Sequence record: LC739537.1
Direction: 5' to 3' (one strand)
Length of the DNA stretch: 64,000 bases
Origin: Escherichia phage phiWec188
The stretch's first letter is position 1, and every line of letters begins with the position of its first letter. The translations under genes and the position numbers were made by a program. Under the pieces are notes generated by a model, which made no database searches, was not told where the DNA came from, and saw only the letters and a program-made list of their open reading frames with translations. Positions 11,961 through 21,533 of this stretch are shown piece by piece.

Positions 11961-12695
11961 TTACCCTCCGTTATTCGACGGTGTATTAGTATCCCTTGCA
12001 GCATTTTGGTTAATTGGGTTAGTGATTTTAGCACCACCAGTTGGAGCCTTGCTCTTAACCTCACCACCAGTAGATTTGTTCGGGGCAGTCTTCACAGCTA
12101 TCGCGTTAGTTGTTGCAGTGCTGACCAAACGAATCTGTTCCAATTCCAGGTTAAACTGCATAGCAAATTCTGAACGATATTCGTAAGTGTAACCTTTCAG
12201 GATCACGTTCTCGAAAGTACGGTGTTCAGTTAATAAGACTATTGGCTGACGTGAATCGAAAATCTGATCCAAATACTCAATTGCTTGAGAGATACGTGTT
12301 CCATTAACACCTGCACTGTAAAGCTGATCACGCATCAGACGAACAGGTGTTTCTGTAATCACACCCGTCAGTTTAAAAGTGTTATTGTTTATCTTTACGT
12401 TATCACTAACTGTACTACCTGATTCAACAGGGAAGCTTGTGATATCGGCTGAACGAGTTACCCCAACTTCCGGTGCGGAGTCGAAAGTAATCGCCATAAA
12501 GTTTTGTATGTATTGATCACTTGAGCTATTGTAAACACTGGCTAAGATACAAAAACCGTTATCACCTTTCACCGTGGAGGCGGAGTTATTCGTATTTTGT
12601 GTTGAGTTCACCTCTTGCTCGGATTTGTAGACGGCTCTTACCGACTGTTGTGGAGTCATTGCTGCCATGATAACCTCATAGTAATGGTAATGCAA
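11961..12695 (-). CDS. tail protein
   Basis: 244-aa ORF immediately downstream of a terminator hairpin. Confidence 0.4.
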   Translation of the reverse strand: MHYHYYEVIMAAMTPQQSVRAVYKSEQEVNSTQNTNNSASTVKGDNGFCILASVYNSSSDQYIQNFMAITFDSAPEVGVTRSADITSFPVESGSTVSDNVKINNNTFKLTGVITETPVRLMRDQLYSAGVNGTRISQAIEYLDQIFDSRQPIVLLTEHRTFENVILKGYTYEYRSEFAMQFNLELEQIRLVSTATTNAIAVKTAPNKSTGGEVKSKAPTGGAKITNPINQNAARDTNTPSNNGG

Positions 12696-12802
12696 AGAGG
12701 AAGATGCAAGATCTTCCCATATTGATTATAATACCACAAATGTCGCCGTTATGTCAATGTAAAAATAAGAAGGGAGTATGCGAAGGGAGTATTATAGAAA
12801 TG

Positions 12803-12827
12803 AAAAAGGGGCCGAAGCCCCTTTCTT
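12803..12827 (-). terminator. rho-independent terminator after tape-measure gene
   Basis: On minus strand: TAA stop, then GGGGC-TTCG-GCCCC hairpin followed by TTTTTCATTT. Confidence 0.7.
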
Positions 12828-14783
12828 TTAGTTGCTGTTTGACTGTCCACTTAACGTCTGCAAAGTCAGGCTTTGCATGAACGATTCAGAAGAAGCTTTA
12901 GCATTGAAGTCAATGTAATCGGAAAGACGAGAAACATCGCTTTGTAATGTCAAGGCAACTTCCGGTGTCAACGTAATGTTGAAGGTCGGGTTTGTCTGGT
13001 ACTGCATAGCTTTAGACTGGAAATTCTGTGCGTCTTGACGAATAGATTCTCCGGTAAACGTATAATTGTTTGCCGCAGATCCTGATCCATCCTTCTCAAA
13101 ATATCCCACAACCTTATCCCAAATAGAAACACCCTCGTCATTCTTAGAAGTGAGTCCATCTGAAACCGCCGCAAAAGGGTTAAAGGTTCTGTTCGCCATA
13201 TCCCACACACTGGCATCCTTTCCTGTAGCTGCATAAATGAAACCGAAGTTCTCACGCATGAAGCTATCCAACCCTGTAAAGATGTTCAGGAACATGGTTG
13301 CAGTTTTGGCTGTGTTGACAGTTAACTTACCCATCTCTTCACCCAAATCTTTCGCTACCTTATCCAACATTTTTACGTTGTCCAACCAGGACTCGTCTTT
13401 AGGTATTGCGTTCATAAATCCTTCCAGGAAATAGTTCTGCATACCTTGCCCGACCAAGCCCACCGTGGCAGTCAAGCGTGTGTACTCTTTAGAAGCTTCC
13501 ATTTGCTCATTGGTCAATGCAGCGCCAGTACGTTGAAGCATACGGAGGGTTTCTTGGAAGCCTTCTCCGTTCTTACTAAACATACGTTGGTAATGCATGA
13601 GGTCGTCCCCAAGGTTCTCAAGAAGACGACCAATCTGTGCCGAGTTCATGCCACGACGCTCGCCTTCATTCACAGTTGCCTGGATGAAAGCTAATGGATC
13701 GTTCTGCATATGTTTAATTTGTGAAGGGTTCCAGCCGAACATGTTCATGATATCATTGATACCATTATCACCGCCACGCCAGCGACCTTTCTTTTCGTCC
13801 CATTCAGCAGCCATCATCGAGTTACCCAAACGTTCACGAACGTCTTTAAGGTTATCGATTGACTTAATAATGTTTGCCGAGTCAACACCGTTTTGTTCAC
13901 CCCAAGCAGTCATTGTCATAATGGCGTTGGCGTTTGCCTGAACGTTCTCTGCACCACGACCTATGAACTTGATACGATCGTTAGCAGTTTGTAACGTATT
14001 ACCTACAACAGAGCCACCTGCAAACAATCCTGCACCAATCATGGAGGAAACCATCATGCGAGGATTAAGGCCCAAAGCGCCATCTCTCATTTGCGAGTAT
14101 TGACGATCTTTATCTCGGCGTTGCTGTGCCAGTTCACGTTTATGGTTACGTTCAATATCACGTAGCTCTTTATCACGCATACGTTGACGTTGTTTGGCTT
14201 CTGCTTCCAGTTCACGACGAACTCGACGACGACCACGTACTTCATCTTCGATATCTTTTACTTTCTCTCGGTGAGATCGACGAAGATTATCAAGCTGGTG
14301 GGCCAGTGTCTGGTTCATACGTTGAAGAGTGATATCACCGCGTTTGTACGATTCTACAGACGCATCCATGATTTGTTTGGCTTGACGTTGCGCATCTATG
14401 GAAGCTTTGGTATACTGCATACCCCGCTTTTCAAAGTTCTCCATACGGAGATTGCCTAAATCATTACGACGAGCCTGTAGCTCGGCAGCGCGTTCTTCTG
14501 GAGTTTTCTTTCCTGGTTTAGCTGGACGACCAGGACCGGAGGTAGTTCCACCACCTTTTGGAGTAGGAGGGGGAGCAGGGCGAGCAGGGAAAGTCTGCGC
14601 TTTACGCATTTCTCTTTCGATCTCTTTCATCTGCTGCCTAAACTTACTCATGTTTAAGGTGGGCTGTATTCTTTCAGCGAACTTTTTAACACTCTCTACA
14701 GAATCTTTGGCTTCTTTGAGACTGTTCTTGTCCACCTTAAATGTGACTACGTTACTGATTTTAGCCGCGTTTATATCTAACAA
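12828..14783 (-). CDS. tail tape measure protein (putative)
   Basis: 651 aa; long charged coiled-coil region (RQRMRDKELRDIERNHKRELAQQRRDKDRQ), Gly-rich hydrophobic segment, position between chaperones and baseplate genes. Confidence 0.5.
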   Translation of the reverse strand: MLDINAAKISNVVTFKVDKNSLKEAKDSVESVKKFAERIQPTLNMSKFRQQMKEIEREMRKAQTFPARPAPPPTPKGGGTTSGPGRPAKPGKKTPEERAAELQARRNDLGNLRMENFEKRGMQYTKASIDAQRQAKQIMDASVESYKRGDITLQRMNQTLAHQLDNLRRSHREKVKDIEDEVRGRRRVRRELEAEAKQRQRMRDKELRDIERNHKRELAQQRRDKDRQYSQMRDGALGLNPRMMVSSMIGAGLFAGGSVVGNTLQTANDRIKFIGRGAENVQANANAIMTMTAWGEQNGVDSANIIKSIDNLKDVRERLGNSMMAAEWDEKKGRWRGGDNGINDIMNMFGWNPSQIKHMQNDPLAFIQATVNEGERRGMNSAQIGRLLENLGDDLMHYQRMFSKNGEGFQETLRMLQRTGAALTNEQMEASKEYTRLTATVGLVGQGMQNYFLEGFMNAIPKDESWLDNVKMLDKVAKDLGEEMGKLTVNTAKTATMFLNIFTGLDSFMRENFGFIYAATGKDASVWDMANRTFNPFAAVSDGLTSKNDEGVSIWDKVVGYFEKDGSGSAANNYTFTGESIRQDAQNFQSKAMQYQTNPTFNITLTPEVALTLQSDVSRLSDYIDFNAKASSESFMQSLTLQTLSGQSNSN

Positions 14784-14798
14784 AGTATTTTCCTCATG

Positions 14799-15047
14799 TT
14801 AGTGGATCATTTTCTTAAACATGTCTTGCATTTGAGTAGCGTTCTCTTGTTGCTTTCTCTTTATTGAAGTGTCTTTGGTGTACAGAGCTTCAATATATTC
14901 CTCATAAGTGAGGTACTCGTACATCCCCAATAGATAATCCACCCCGTATTGATCCAGGGTGGAGCGTGTTTCCGAGGTATTCTTCACGACCTTGCAGAGA
15001 ATGATCTCATACCACTTCAACGTAAGGGTCTTCTCTGCTGTTTCCAT
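14799..15047 (-). CDS. tail assembly chaperone-like protein
   Basis: 82-aa ORF between chaperone and tape-measure genes. Confidence 0.35.
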   Translation of the reverse strand: METAEKTLTLKWYEIILCKVVKNTSETRSTLDQYGVDYLLGMYEYLTYEEYIEALYTKDTSIKRKQQENATQMQDMFKKMIH

Positions 15048-15067
15048 CGCATGACGAATGGCTGGGC

Positions 15068-15550
15068 TTAGTTCGTTGCCAGATCCTGAACTGCTTGGAA
15101 CTGGGTCAACAGTTTTCCGAAACCTCGTTTGAAAAAAGGGCCGTAGTTCACCTCAAGAACTTTTGCTGTCAAGTCGAGGACAAGTTCTGGGTGAGCAAAG
15201 AAGAGTTCGTCGAAGTTATCAGATACGTTGTGACCTGCTTCGGTATATACTTCATCTAAGATCTTACGGAGGAACACAGTAAGGTTCTTCTCTTCAAGAC
15301 CAGAGAACAATTGAATAAGTGCCATTGCAATACGAGATTCCAGATCTTCTTCAGCCGACATAAGGGCAGTATTGTACATGGTCATAGGTACAGCTAAAAC
15401 GCTACCGAGTTCTGGGATACGCTCGAAGACCTTTGAAGGACTCCATTTCAGAATACGGAAGGTTACAAAACGGGTTTCATCCAAATAGATTTTTACAATT
15501 TCTTCTGGACGTGCATATTGTTTGATAGTATCATCTTGTTGTTCGGACAT
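15068..15550 (-). CDS. tail assembly chaperone (putative)
   Basis: 160-aa acidic protein directly downstream of tube gene and terminator. Confidence 0.4.
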   Translation of the reverse strand: MSEQQDDTIKQYARPEEIVKIYLDETRFVTFRILKWSPSKVFERIPELGSVLAVPMTMYNTALMSAEEDLESRIAMALIQLFSGLEEKNLTVFLRKILDEVYTEAGHNVSDNFDELFFAHPELVLDLTAKVLEVNYGPFFKRGFGKLLTQFQAVQDLATN

Positions 15551-15565
15551 AGTTTCCTCTCTTTT

Positions 15566-15598
15566 TAGTTAAATAAAAAGGGCATTTCTGCCCTTTCG
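15566..15598 (-). terminator. rho-independent terminator after tail tube gene
   Basis: Minus strand: AAAGGGCAGAAATGCCCTTT hairpin followed by TTATTTAAC. Confidence 0.6.
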
Positions 15599-15601
15599 TT
15601 A

Positions 15602-16081
15602 TTATTGAATGGTCAGTGCGGAGATAGAGTTAAGAACACTCATACCTACACCAACTTCATTACGTAACAGGCTTGCATCTTTCAGACCGATAACCCACTG
15701 GTTCTCTGTAATCATTTCGCCCATAGTGTCTTCAGGTTGAGATTGAATCCAACCAATGGTGCTAATGTAGTAACCACGAGGATCTTCCAGATAAACGCTG
15801 AATGCTACTTGACGAGTAGAATACATTGTTTGAGCATAAGTTGCCAAAACTTCGTTTGCCGGAGATGTACGTTGCAGAGAAATAGTCATGGTGCCGAGAC
15901 GGTTACGGCTAAGAGCCAGAGAAACATCGCCATCAGTACCAGCATATGGGTTAATAATATCGTTGGCTTTTGCGATTACAATTTTAGTGTCGGTTGCAAA
16001 ACCCCACGGCTCCCATCCACCCAGGGACAGAACGATTTGGGAAGGATCATAGGCCATTACGCCAGTAAGCATTTTATCCAA
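15602..16081 (-). CDS. tail tube protein (putative)
   Basis: 159 aa; follows sheath-sized gene; probable TTG start with AAGGAG RBS 7 nt upstream. Confidence 0.5.
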   Translation of the reverse strand: MDKMLTGVMAYDPSQIVLSLGGWEPWGFATDTKIVIAKANDIINPYAGTDGDVSLALSRNRLGTMTISLQRTSPANEVLATYAQTMYSTRQVAFSVYLEDPRGYYISTIGWIQSQPEDTMGEMITENQWVIGLKDASLLRNEVGVGMSVLNSISALTIQ

Positions 16082-16127
16082 TTTGGATCTCCTTTAGGGA
16101 TAAGGCGAGGTTGCCCCCGCCAAATTA

Positions 16128-17501
16128 TTAGTTTGCAGTACGGTTGGTCAGGACGTGAACCTGAACCTTAACGTAATGGAAGAATCCTGCGTAAACGTAT
16201 TCAATCTTCATGCCGTCAACCAGACGCTGATTAATCTGCGAATCAGTCATGTCAGCACGAGAAGGAAGGTAAACGATAGGCTTCAGGTCAACACGCAGTC
16301 CAGTTTCTTCTGAAACAACCACTTCGTTAGAAATAGAGCCATTCAGAATACCAACTTGGATCGGGTTAGCCAGAACCGCTTGTTTAATCAGAGCCAGACC
16401 ATTGGAAGTAGCACGAACACCACCACCCAACATTGACTGCTGTTTGAACAGAGTGAACAGAGATTCTTCGGTACGAGCTTTGAACCACAGAGCGTGAACT
16501 ACGTAGTCAGCAAAGAAACCGTTAACCATCAGACCATCGCGGTAGAACAGAGTTGCGTGTTCTTTACGGTAGATGTTACCATTCTGTTGAACAATGTTAT
16601 TTTCCGCAGTCTGACCGAGTTTCTCGATTTCAACTCCAACCAGAGTTTTACCATGCAGAGTCGTAGTACCAGGCTGTGCAGAGCAGATAGAACCAACAAC
16701 AGCAGCTTCTGGGAATACAGAGTCTGCGTCGCTCATCCACAGAGCAAAACAGGTGTTGACATAGCCAAGGTCATTTAAACGCTCAAGAACGTTGTCTTCG
16801 GCTTTAGTAGTGATACCAACGTCTGAACTGGAGAAGAAGTATACTTTATCATTCTCTTCTACCCAAGCAGCTACATCGAGAATATCTTCAACAGCGTGGG
16901 AGTCAGACAGAACCCAGAACCAGCTACTATCGATATCATGCAGTGCAGCGATATCTTCAGTAATGTCGTTAGCGTATACGGTTTCTTTAGCGAAGCCGCT
17001 TGCATCCAGAGAAGCGTATTTGCCTACAACTGGAGAAACAGTGATCACAGCGCCATCGTTAGCAACGGTGAACAGACCACCATAAACTACGTCTGCATTG
17101 ATCATTTCTGTCAGACCAACAACGATTTCTTGTGCTGTTGCAGTGTCGTCAGCAATGAATTTGAAATCTTTCTTGTTCTTGCCTTCTTTGATAGTGATAA
17201 CATATGTTGCACTATCTTCAACTGCTGGGGTCAGGGTAAAGTTTGTTACTTCACGCTTACCAACAATCACTTGACTTGGTGCAAATAATCCGTTAAACAG
17301 TTTAACTGCCATGATATAGGCTGGATCATTAACACCGTAACCCGCTTCCAGAAGTGCGTCAGAAGAGGTGTAATATTCAATCGCGTTACCAGTGACAGTC
17401 TGACCAGTAAGGATCAGGGGAATGTCAAACTGGGTTTCACGGATTGATGTAGCTCCGTACAGTAAAGTTACGGTTGCTACCTTTTCACGAAAAGTTGCCA
17501 T
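16128..17501 (-). CDS. tail sheath protein (putative)
   Basis: 457 aa; ATG with AGGAG RBS; sheath-tube gene pair typical of contractile tails. Confidence 0.5.
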   Translation of the reverse strand: MATFREKVATVTLLYGATSIRETQFDIPLILTGQTVTGNAIEYYTSSDALLEAGYGVNDPAYIMAVKLFNGLFAPSQVIVGKREVTNFTLTPAVEDSATYVITIKEGKNKKDFKFIADDTATAQEIVVGLTEMINADVVYGGLFTVANDGAVITVSPVVGKYASLDASGFAKETVYANDITEDIAALHDIDSSWFWVLSDSHAVEDILDVAAWVEENDKVYFFSSSDVGITTKAEDNVLERLNDLGYVNTCFALWMSDADSVFPEAAVVGSICSAQPGTTTLHGKTLVGVEIEKLGQTAENNIVQQNGNIYRKEHATLFYRDGLMVNGFFADYVVHALWFKARTEESLFTLFKQQSMLGGGVRATSNGLALIKQAVLANPIQVGILNGSISNEVVVSEETGLRVDLKPIVYLPSRADMTDSQINQRLVDGMKIEYVYAGFFHYVKVQVHVLTNRTAN

Positions 17502-17534
17502 TTATGCTCCTGTTAGAAACTTATTCCAATGAAT

Positions 17535-18173
17535 TTATTCGTTGGGGTTGTTAAATAATGATCCATCATCAGTTACTGGTGAGTATTCGCCATTAACCTC
17601 ATGAACTACGTAAATTCTATCCAGAGTTAAATCCAGAGGTGTGGGATCATTGTAGCTATCTCTGAATGATCGAATATGCATGTTGACAGCCTCTATAGGG
17701 GTTGTCATAATGTCCTCAATACTCATACGAGTGTTGAAGGTCATAATCATACGCGCTCTAACTTCAGTCTTATCTCCATCCAGAACTGTGTTTGCCTGTG
17801 TGATATTTGTTGCTGACAGGAAACCCATCCCTTTGGAATAGAGATGCTTGTATTTTAATTCCTCTGCACCACGTAGAGCAGCCAGAACATAGCTCAACAG
17901 AGTAGTAGGTCTTCCACGGAAAGCCATGAGTTCAATCTCATAGGTATTATCCATCTCATAGGAAAACATATCCTGATCTATTTTGCCTCGGTAAGACCAC
18001 CCGCCAGAATCACTGGAGGTGATAATACGTAGTGCCAGGTATGGATTGGTCGGTTGGACGAACGGTTTGTCCATCACGTAAATTGGCAATCCAGTTAATT
18101 CTTGAAGGAAACTACCTATGTTAAGATAGATAGCATTCTCATACGCTTCGATTTGTTCGTAGATATTAGCCAA
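17535..18173 (-). CDS. head-tail joining/tail completion protein
   Basis: 212-aa ORF between capsid and sheath genes. Confidence 0.4.
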   Translation of the reverse strand: MANIYEQIEAYENAIYLNIGSFLQELTGLPIYVMDKPFVQPTNPYLALRIITSSDSGGWSYRGKIDQDMFSYEMDNTYEIELMAFRGRPTTLLSYVLAALRGAEELKYKHLYSKGMGFLSATNITQANTVLDGDKTEVRARMIMTFNTRMSIEDIMTTPIEAVNMHIRSFRDSYNDPTPLDLTLDRIYVVHEVNGEYSPVTDDGSLFNNPNE

Positions 18174-18615
18174 AGTTTCCTCCCTCTTGATCGTAATCCC
18201 ACGTATTGTTTTGATCGTCTAATATGGCGACACAATGATGATGGGTTAGGAAAGTAGTTCGAGTCCAATCTTTAAGGGAGTACACAGAATACCACTGACC
18301 ATCAATCAAGATTTGGTCGGATAGTTGAGAGGTTCCTTGTTGGATGCCTCGCATTTCTGTTTTAGTCCAGAAACTATATTGCGCCTTTGATCTGTACCCT
18401 TCGGGCAGTGCTTTTAGAGTTTTTCCAGAGATTGGTTGCAGACTTGCAGCCGCTATCTCAAACTCTTCATATTCTACGGTACTACCCATATTGGCAATAA
18501 CAGAACCTACAGCTTCTTTGTAGACACGTCTACGCCCTTGATATGAGGTAAGATCAAGGAGAGTGAATTGATCAAGTAACACCTGTATCTCCTTTTTAGT
18601 ATACATCAAAAACAA
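18166..18615 (-). CDS. head-tail connector protein
   Basis: 149-aa ORF overlapping downstream gene start. Confidence 0.4.
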   Translation of the reverse strand: MFLMYTKKEIQVLLDQFTLLDLTSYQGRRRVYKEAVGSVIANMGSTVEYEEFEIAAASLQPISGKTLKALPEGYRSKAQYSFWTKTEMRGIQQGTSQLSDQILIDGQWYSVYSLKDWTRTTFLTHHHCVAILDDQNNTWDYDQEGGNFG

Positions 18616-18627
18616 AATTTATGCAAG

Positions 18628-19116
18628 TTATTTTTTAGACTTGCCTTTTGTGATCTTCGAGTCTATATCGTTAATCATGTGCCCTGTGTCAATCAAAGTA
18701 TGCGTAGAGTAATTCCCTCTATCACGACGAATCTTAATTGTCACCGGAGAAAGTGCTCTATATCGTTGGGAAGCTATTGCTCTTGCTATTCCTTCACGAG
18801 AAGCTTTCGCTATCGGCTCAAAAACTCCGAGTCCTTTATTTCGCATCAGGTATTGAACAAAAACATTCGGTAATAGCTTGGCTATCTCTTTACTGGAAAT
18901 CACAGCACCGTCAGTCATAAACGGACGGGCTGGAATATTATTTGTTTCGTTACCGTATTGCTGGATAGCAGCTATCGCTGGAATAGTGAGATCTGATTCA
19001 GGGTGTCTCTTGTTTTCAAGGAAACCAGCTTCAATTTCCACATTCTCTAATACCATCATCTTTTTAATGATTGTATCCCAGTCTGTGTCTGTACCTGGTA
19101 AGATCTCACTTTTCAT
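18628..19116 (-). CDS. head completion protein
   Basis: 162-aa ORF. Confidence 0.4.
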   Translation of the reverse strand: MKSEILPGTDTDWDTIIKKMMVLENVEIEAGFLENKRHPESDLTIPAIAAIQQYGNETNNIPARPFMTDGAVISSKEIAKLLPNVFVQYLMRNKGLGVFEPIAKASREGIARAIASQRYRALSPVTIKIRRDRGNYSTHTLIDTGHMINDIDSKITKGKSKK

Positions 19117-19664
19117 TATTTGTCCCTACGATAATATGATACAGGCCCGTAGTTTCGCAGATAGTTTACGTTACGTGTTTTACGATCTACACTGGCAACA
19201 TTACCTAAACCATTCACGGAATTAGGATCGCTGTTGACACGATCGATTTCACGAGCATCTACACCACCAATCAGAACACGACTTGTTGCACCACGTCCAG
19301 CGGTACATCCTGGAATAACCATTAAGCCGTTCAGGTAGTTGTTGTAGATATCTTCCCAAGGAGATTTGTATTCTACTTGACCGTTACTAAATTTAACTTC
19401 TACTTCCACTTCGCCCATCTTTTCACGGCGGGACATTGCACCGCCACTTTGACTGTTGTTATTTAAAACATCAGTATTCCACAGGTATTCCAGAACAGAA
19501 ATTAAACTGTTCCACAGAACAGCACACTTATTAGAGTCGGCGTTACCAATAATATCGATCCACGTCTGGATAATCTGAATCAACACTGCGTCTGGCAAAG
19601 TTTCTTGAGACGGATTATAAACAAGGATTCGAACCATTGGTGCCAATTCAGTAGCAATCAGCAT
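19116..19664 (-). CDS. head-tail adaptor protein
   Basis: 182-aa ORF. Confidence 0.4.
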   Translation of the reverse strand: MLIATELAPMVRILVYNPSQETLPDAVLIQIIQTWIDIIGNADSNKCAVLWNSLISVLEYLWNTDVLNNNSQSGGAMSRREKMGEVEVEVKFSNGQVEYKSPWEDIYNNYLNGLMVIPGCTAGRGATSRVLIGGVDAREIDRVNSDPNSVNGLGNVASVDRKTRNVNYLRNYGPVSYYRRDK

Positions 19665-19673
19665 AACTTCTCC

Positions 19674-20048
19674 TTACTTTTTACGGAGTGATCGTTTCTT
19701 GGCTGGTGAATCTACTGCTTCAACTTTCAGAACTTCCTGTTCGACTTCGATCTCTTTGTAATCTTCGAAGCTGACAAGGAAATAGCCCATGTGCTCTTCG
19801 CTACTAAACGGATGAACCAACAGACCAGTTTCTTCACGCAGACGTTGTAAGAAATGAATAAAATTACCACCTAAAGCAACACGACCATCTTTCAGATAGA
19901 AAGACATTGGAGGCGCTTGAGTGAGAGTCTTCTCTGCATCCAGATTGCTCACGAGCTTAGAGAAATCCTGAATCATTTCGTGGTAGCTGAAGTAACGTTT
20001 TAATTGTGGGTTTGACATTATAATCTCCTCGGTGTATATTGTTCTCAT
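19674..20048 (-). CDS. hypothetical virion protein
   Basis: 124-aa ORF directly after capsid-gene terminator. Confidence 0.35.
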   Translation of the reverse strand: MRTIYTEEIIMSNPQLKRYFSYHEMIQDFSKLVSNLDAEKTLTQAPPMSFYLKDGRVALGGNFIHFLQRLREETGLLVHPFSSEEHMGYFLVSFEDYKEIEVEQEVLKVEAVDSPAKKRSLRKK

Positions 20049-20082
20049 AACAAAAAAGGCTCGCCCATCACGGACGAGCCTC
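20046..20082 (-). terminator. strong rho-independent terminator after major capsid gene
   Basis: Minus strand: AGGCTCG-tccgtgatggg-CGAGCCT hairpin followed by TTTTTTGTT. Confidence 0.75.
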
Positions 20083-20100
20083 TTTTAGAACAGAGTTCTA

Positions 20101-21099
20101 TTAAGCAGTGGTCAGACGAACGATCAGTTCTGGGCGAACGTTAACTGCCAGAAGAGAGAATTCAGACTGAAGACTTACAGTACGGTGCTCACTGATCATG
20201 AACGTGTACAGTTCACGAGCAACAGTGTTAGCCAGTTCTGGAGTATCAGCAGGAGCGTAGTGCGCCTGGAACATATCCGCGATACCCATAGGCAGAACAT
20301 ATGCTTCACCAGCAGGGATGTTACCGTGAATATCTTCGATGTAGGTTACGCCGTTCCATTCGAACACCTGAACGTCCATGTTACCGTTCAGACGGTCACG
20401 CAGGAGGTTAGGAGTACCCTGGAAGTACTGGTAAGCCTGGCGAACGAACGGAGAGTTAACCAGAGAAGCGAAGAACTCACGAGAACACAGAGCAACGATA
20501 CGAGTAGCGGTAGAACCGTCTTGTTTCTCGTCGATGATGTATGCACGAGCTTCTTGTTCAACGGTAGCCGCTGGAGAAACAGTGGTAGAAGAGAAATCTA
20601 CAGCAACTGATTTCTGGGTAGCGTTCCACTCGGTGTACCAGTTGTACGCAGAGTTAGCAGCGCCGCCGCCAGTGTATGCACGACCCATTACTGCTTCAGC
20701 AAAGATCTTCTCTTTGGTTTTTGCAGCATCACGCAGAATCTGCGTCATATAACGGTTAACTACTTCTGCTTCAGTACGCAGAGAGTCGTTGATACCAGCC
20801 ATAGCGAAGCTACGGAAAGACTGGATATCTTGAGCTTTGATGTTCTTATCAAGTGGGAAGAATGGGATACGGAACACTTTGACTTCTGGAGTATCCATAG
20901 TCAGGAAGTTACGCTCACCACCACGTTCACGGGCAGGGATCAGACCATCTTGAGTTTTTTGTTTGCCGATTTCAACAACGGTAGTTGCATGGTACTGTAC
21001 ATCAAACAGACCCAGGCTGGCAATCAGTGTATCAGGAGTATCCTGAAGTTCGATCATTGGGCTGAAATCAACAACCTGATCTAAAATTACTGCTGGCAT
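20101..21099 (-). CDS. major capsid protein (putative)
   Basis: 332 aa; ATG with AGGAG RBS; follows scaffold-like gene and precedes strong terminator, as expected for the most highly expressed late gene. Confidence 0.55.
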   Translation of the reverse strand: MPAVILDQVVDFSPMIELQDTPDTLIASLGLFDVQYHATTVVEIGKQKTQDGLIPARERGGERNFLTMDTPEVKVFRIPFFPLDKNIKAQDIQSFRSFAMAGINDSLRTEAEVVNRYMTQILRDAAKTKEKIFAEAVMGRAYTGGGAANSAYNWYTEWNATQKSVAVDFSSTTVSPAATVEQEARAYIIDEKQDGSTATRIVALCSREFFASLVNSPFVRQAYQYFQGTPNLLRDRLNGNMDVQVFEWNGVTYIEDIHGNIPAGEAYVLPMGIADMFQAHYAPADTPELANTVARELYTFMISEHRTVSLQSEFSLLAVNVRPELIVRLTTA

Positions 21100-21121
21100 T
21101 ATATTAATCTCCTATCAAAAA

Positions 21122-21514
21122 TTAAGAAGTGAAAACGACTTTTTCAGTCAGTTTCAGATCACGAGTTTCCAGTGCTGCTACGCCAGCGTCGTCAATCAGA
21201 TTACCGTTGCTATAGAATACAGCAAAACGGTTCAGAGTCAGGTCGCGTACACCAACAACGGCGGTGAAAGTGTCACCAACTGCAACATCATCGATACCGA
21301 ACAGAGCGTCAGTCCACAGCAGAACTTTAGCAGCGTCAGCAGCGGCAGCAGCTTCAGTGTTGTCAGCTTTCAGTACGGAACCAATTTTCATGGTTGCGGT
21401 TTTAACCAGGTTTACTTCGCGTACACAGTGTCCGAGGTCAGAGCTAAAAACTCCACCCAGAACCAGGTGTCCGAATTCCTGGCGAGAGTTAGATAAAGTA
21501 ATTCCTTTAGCCAT
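21122..21514 (-). CDS. head decoration/auxiliary capsid protein
   Basis: 130-aa Ala/Val-rich ORF between scaffold-like and capsid genes. Confidence 0.35.
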   Translation of the reverse strand: MAKGITLSNSRQEFGHLVLGGVFSSDLGHCVREVNLVKTATMKIGSVLKADNTEAAAAADAAKVLLWTDALFGIDDVAVGDTFTAVVGVRDLTLNRFAVFYSNGNLIDDAGVAALETRDLKLTEKVVFTS

Positions 21515-21533
21515 TTAATTTAATCTCCTAAGA

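Noticed and set aside
14799-15550. Programmed -1 frameshift between the two tail chaperone-like ORFs
   Set aside because: The two ORFs are separated by a ~20-nt gap with its own stop and start and do not overlap, so no frameshift fusion can be drawn.
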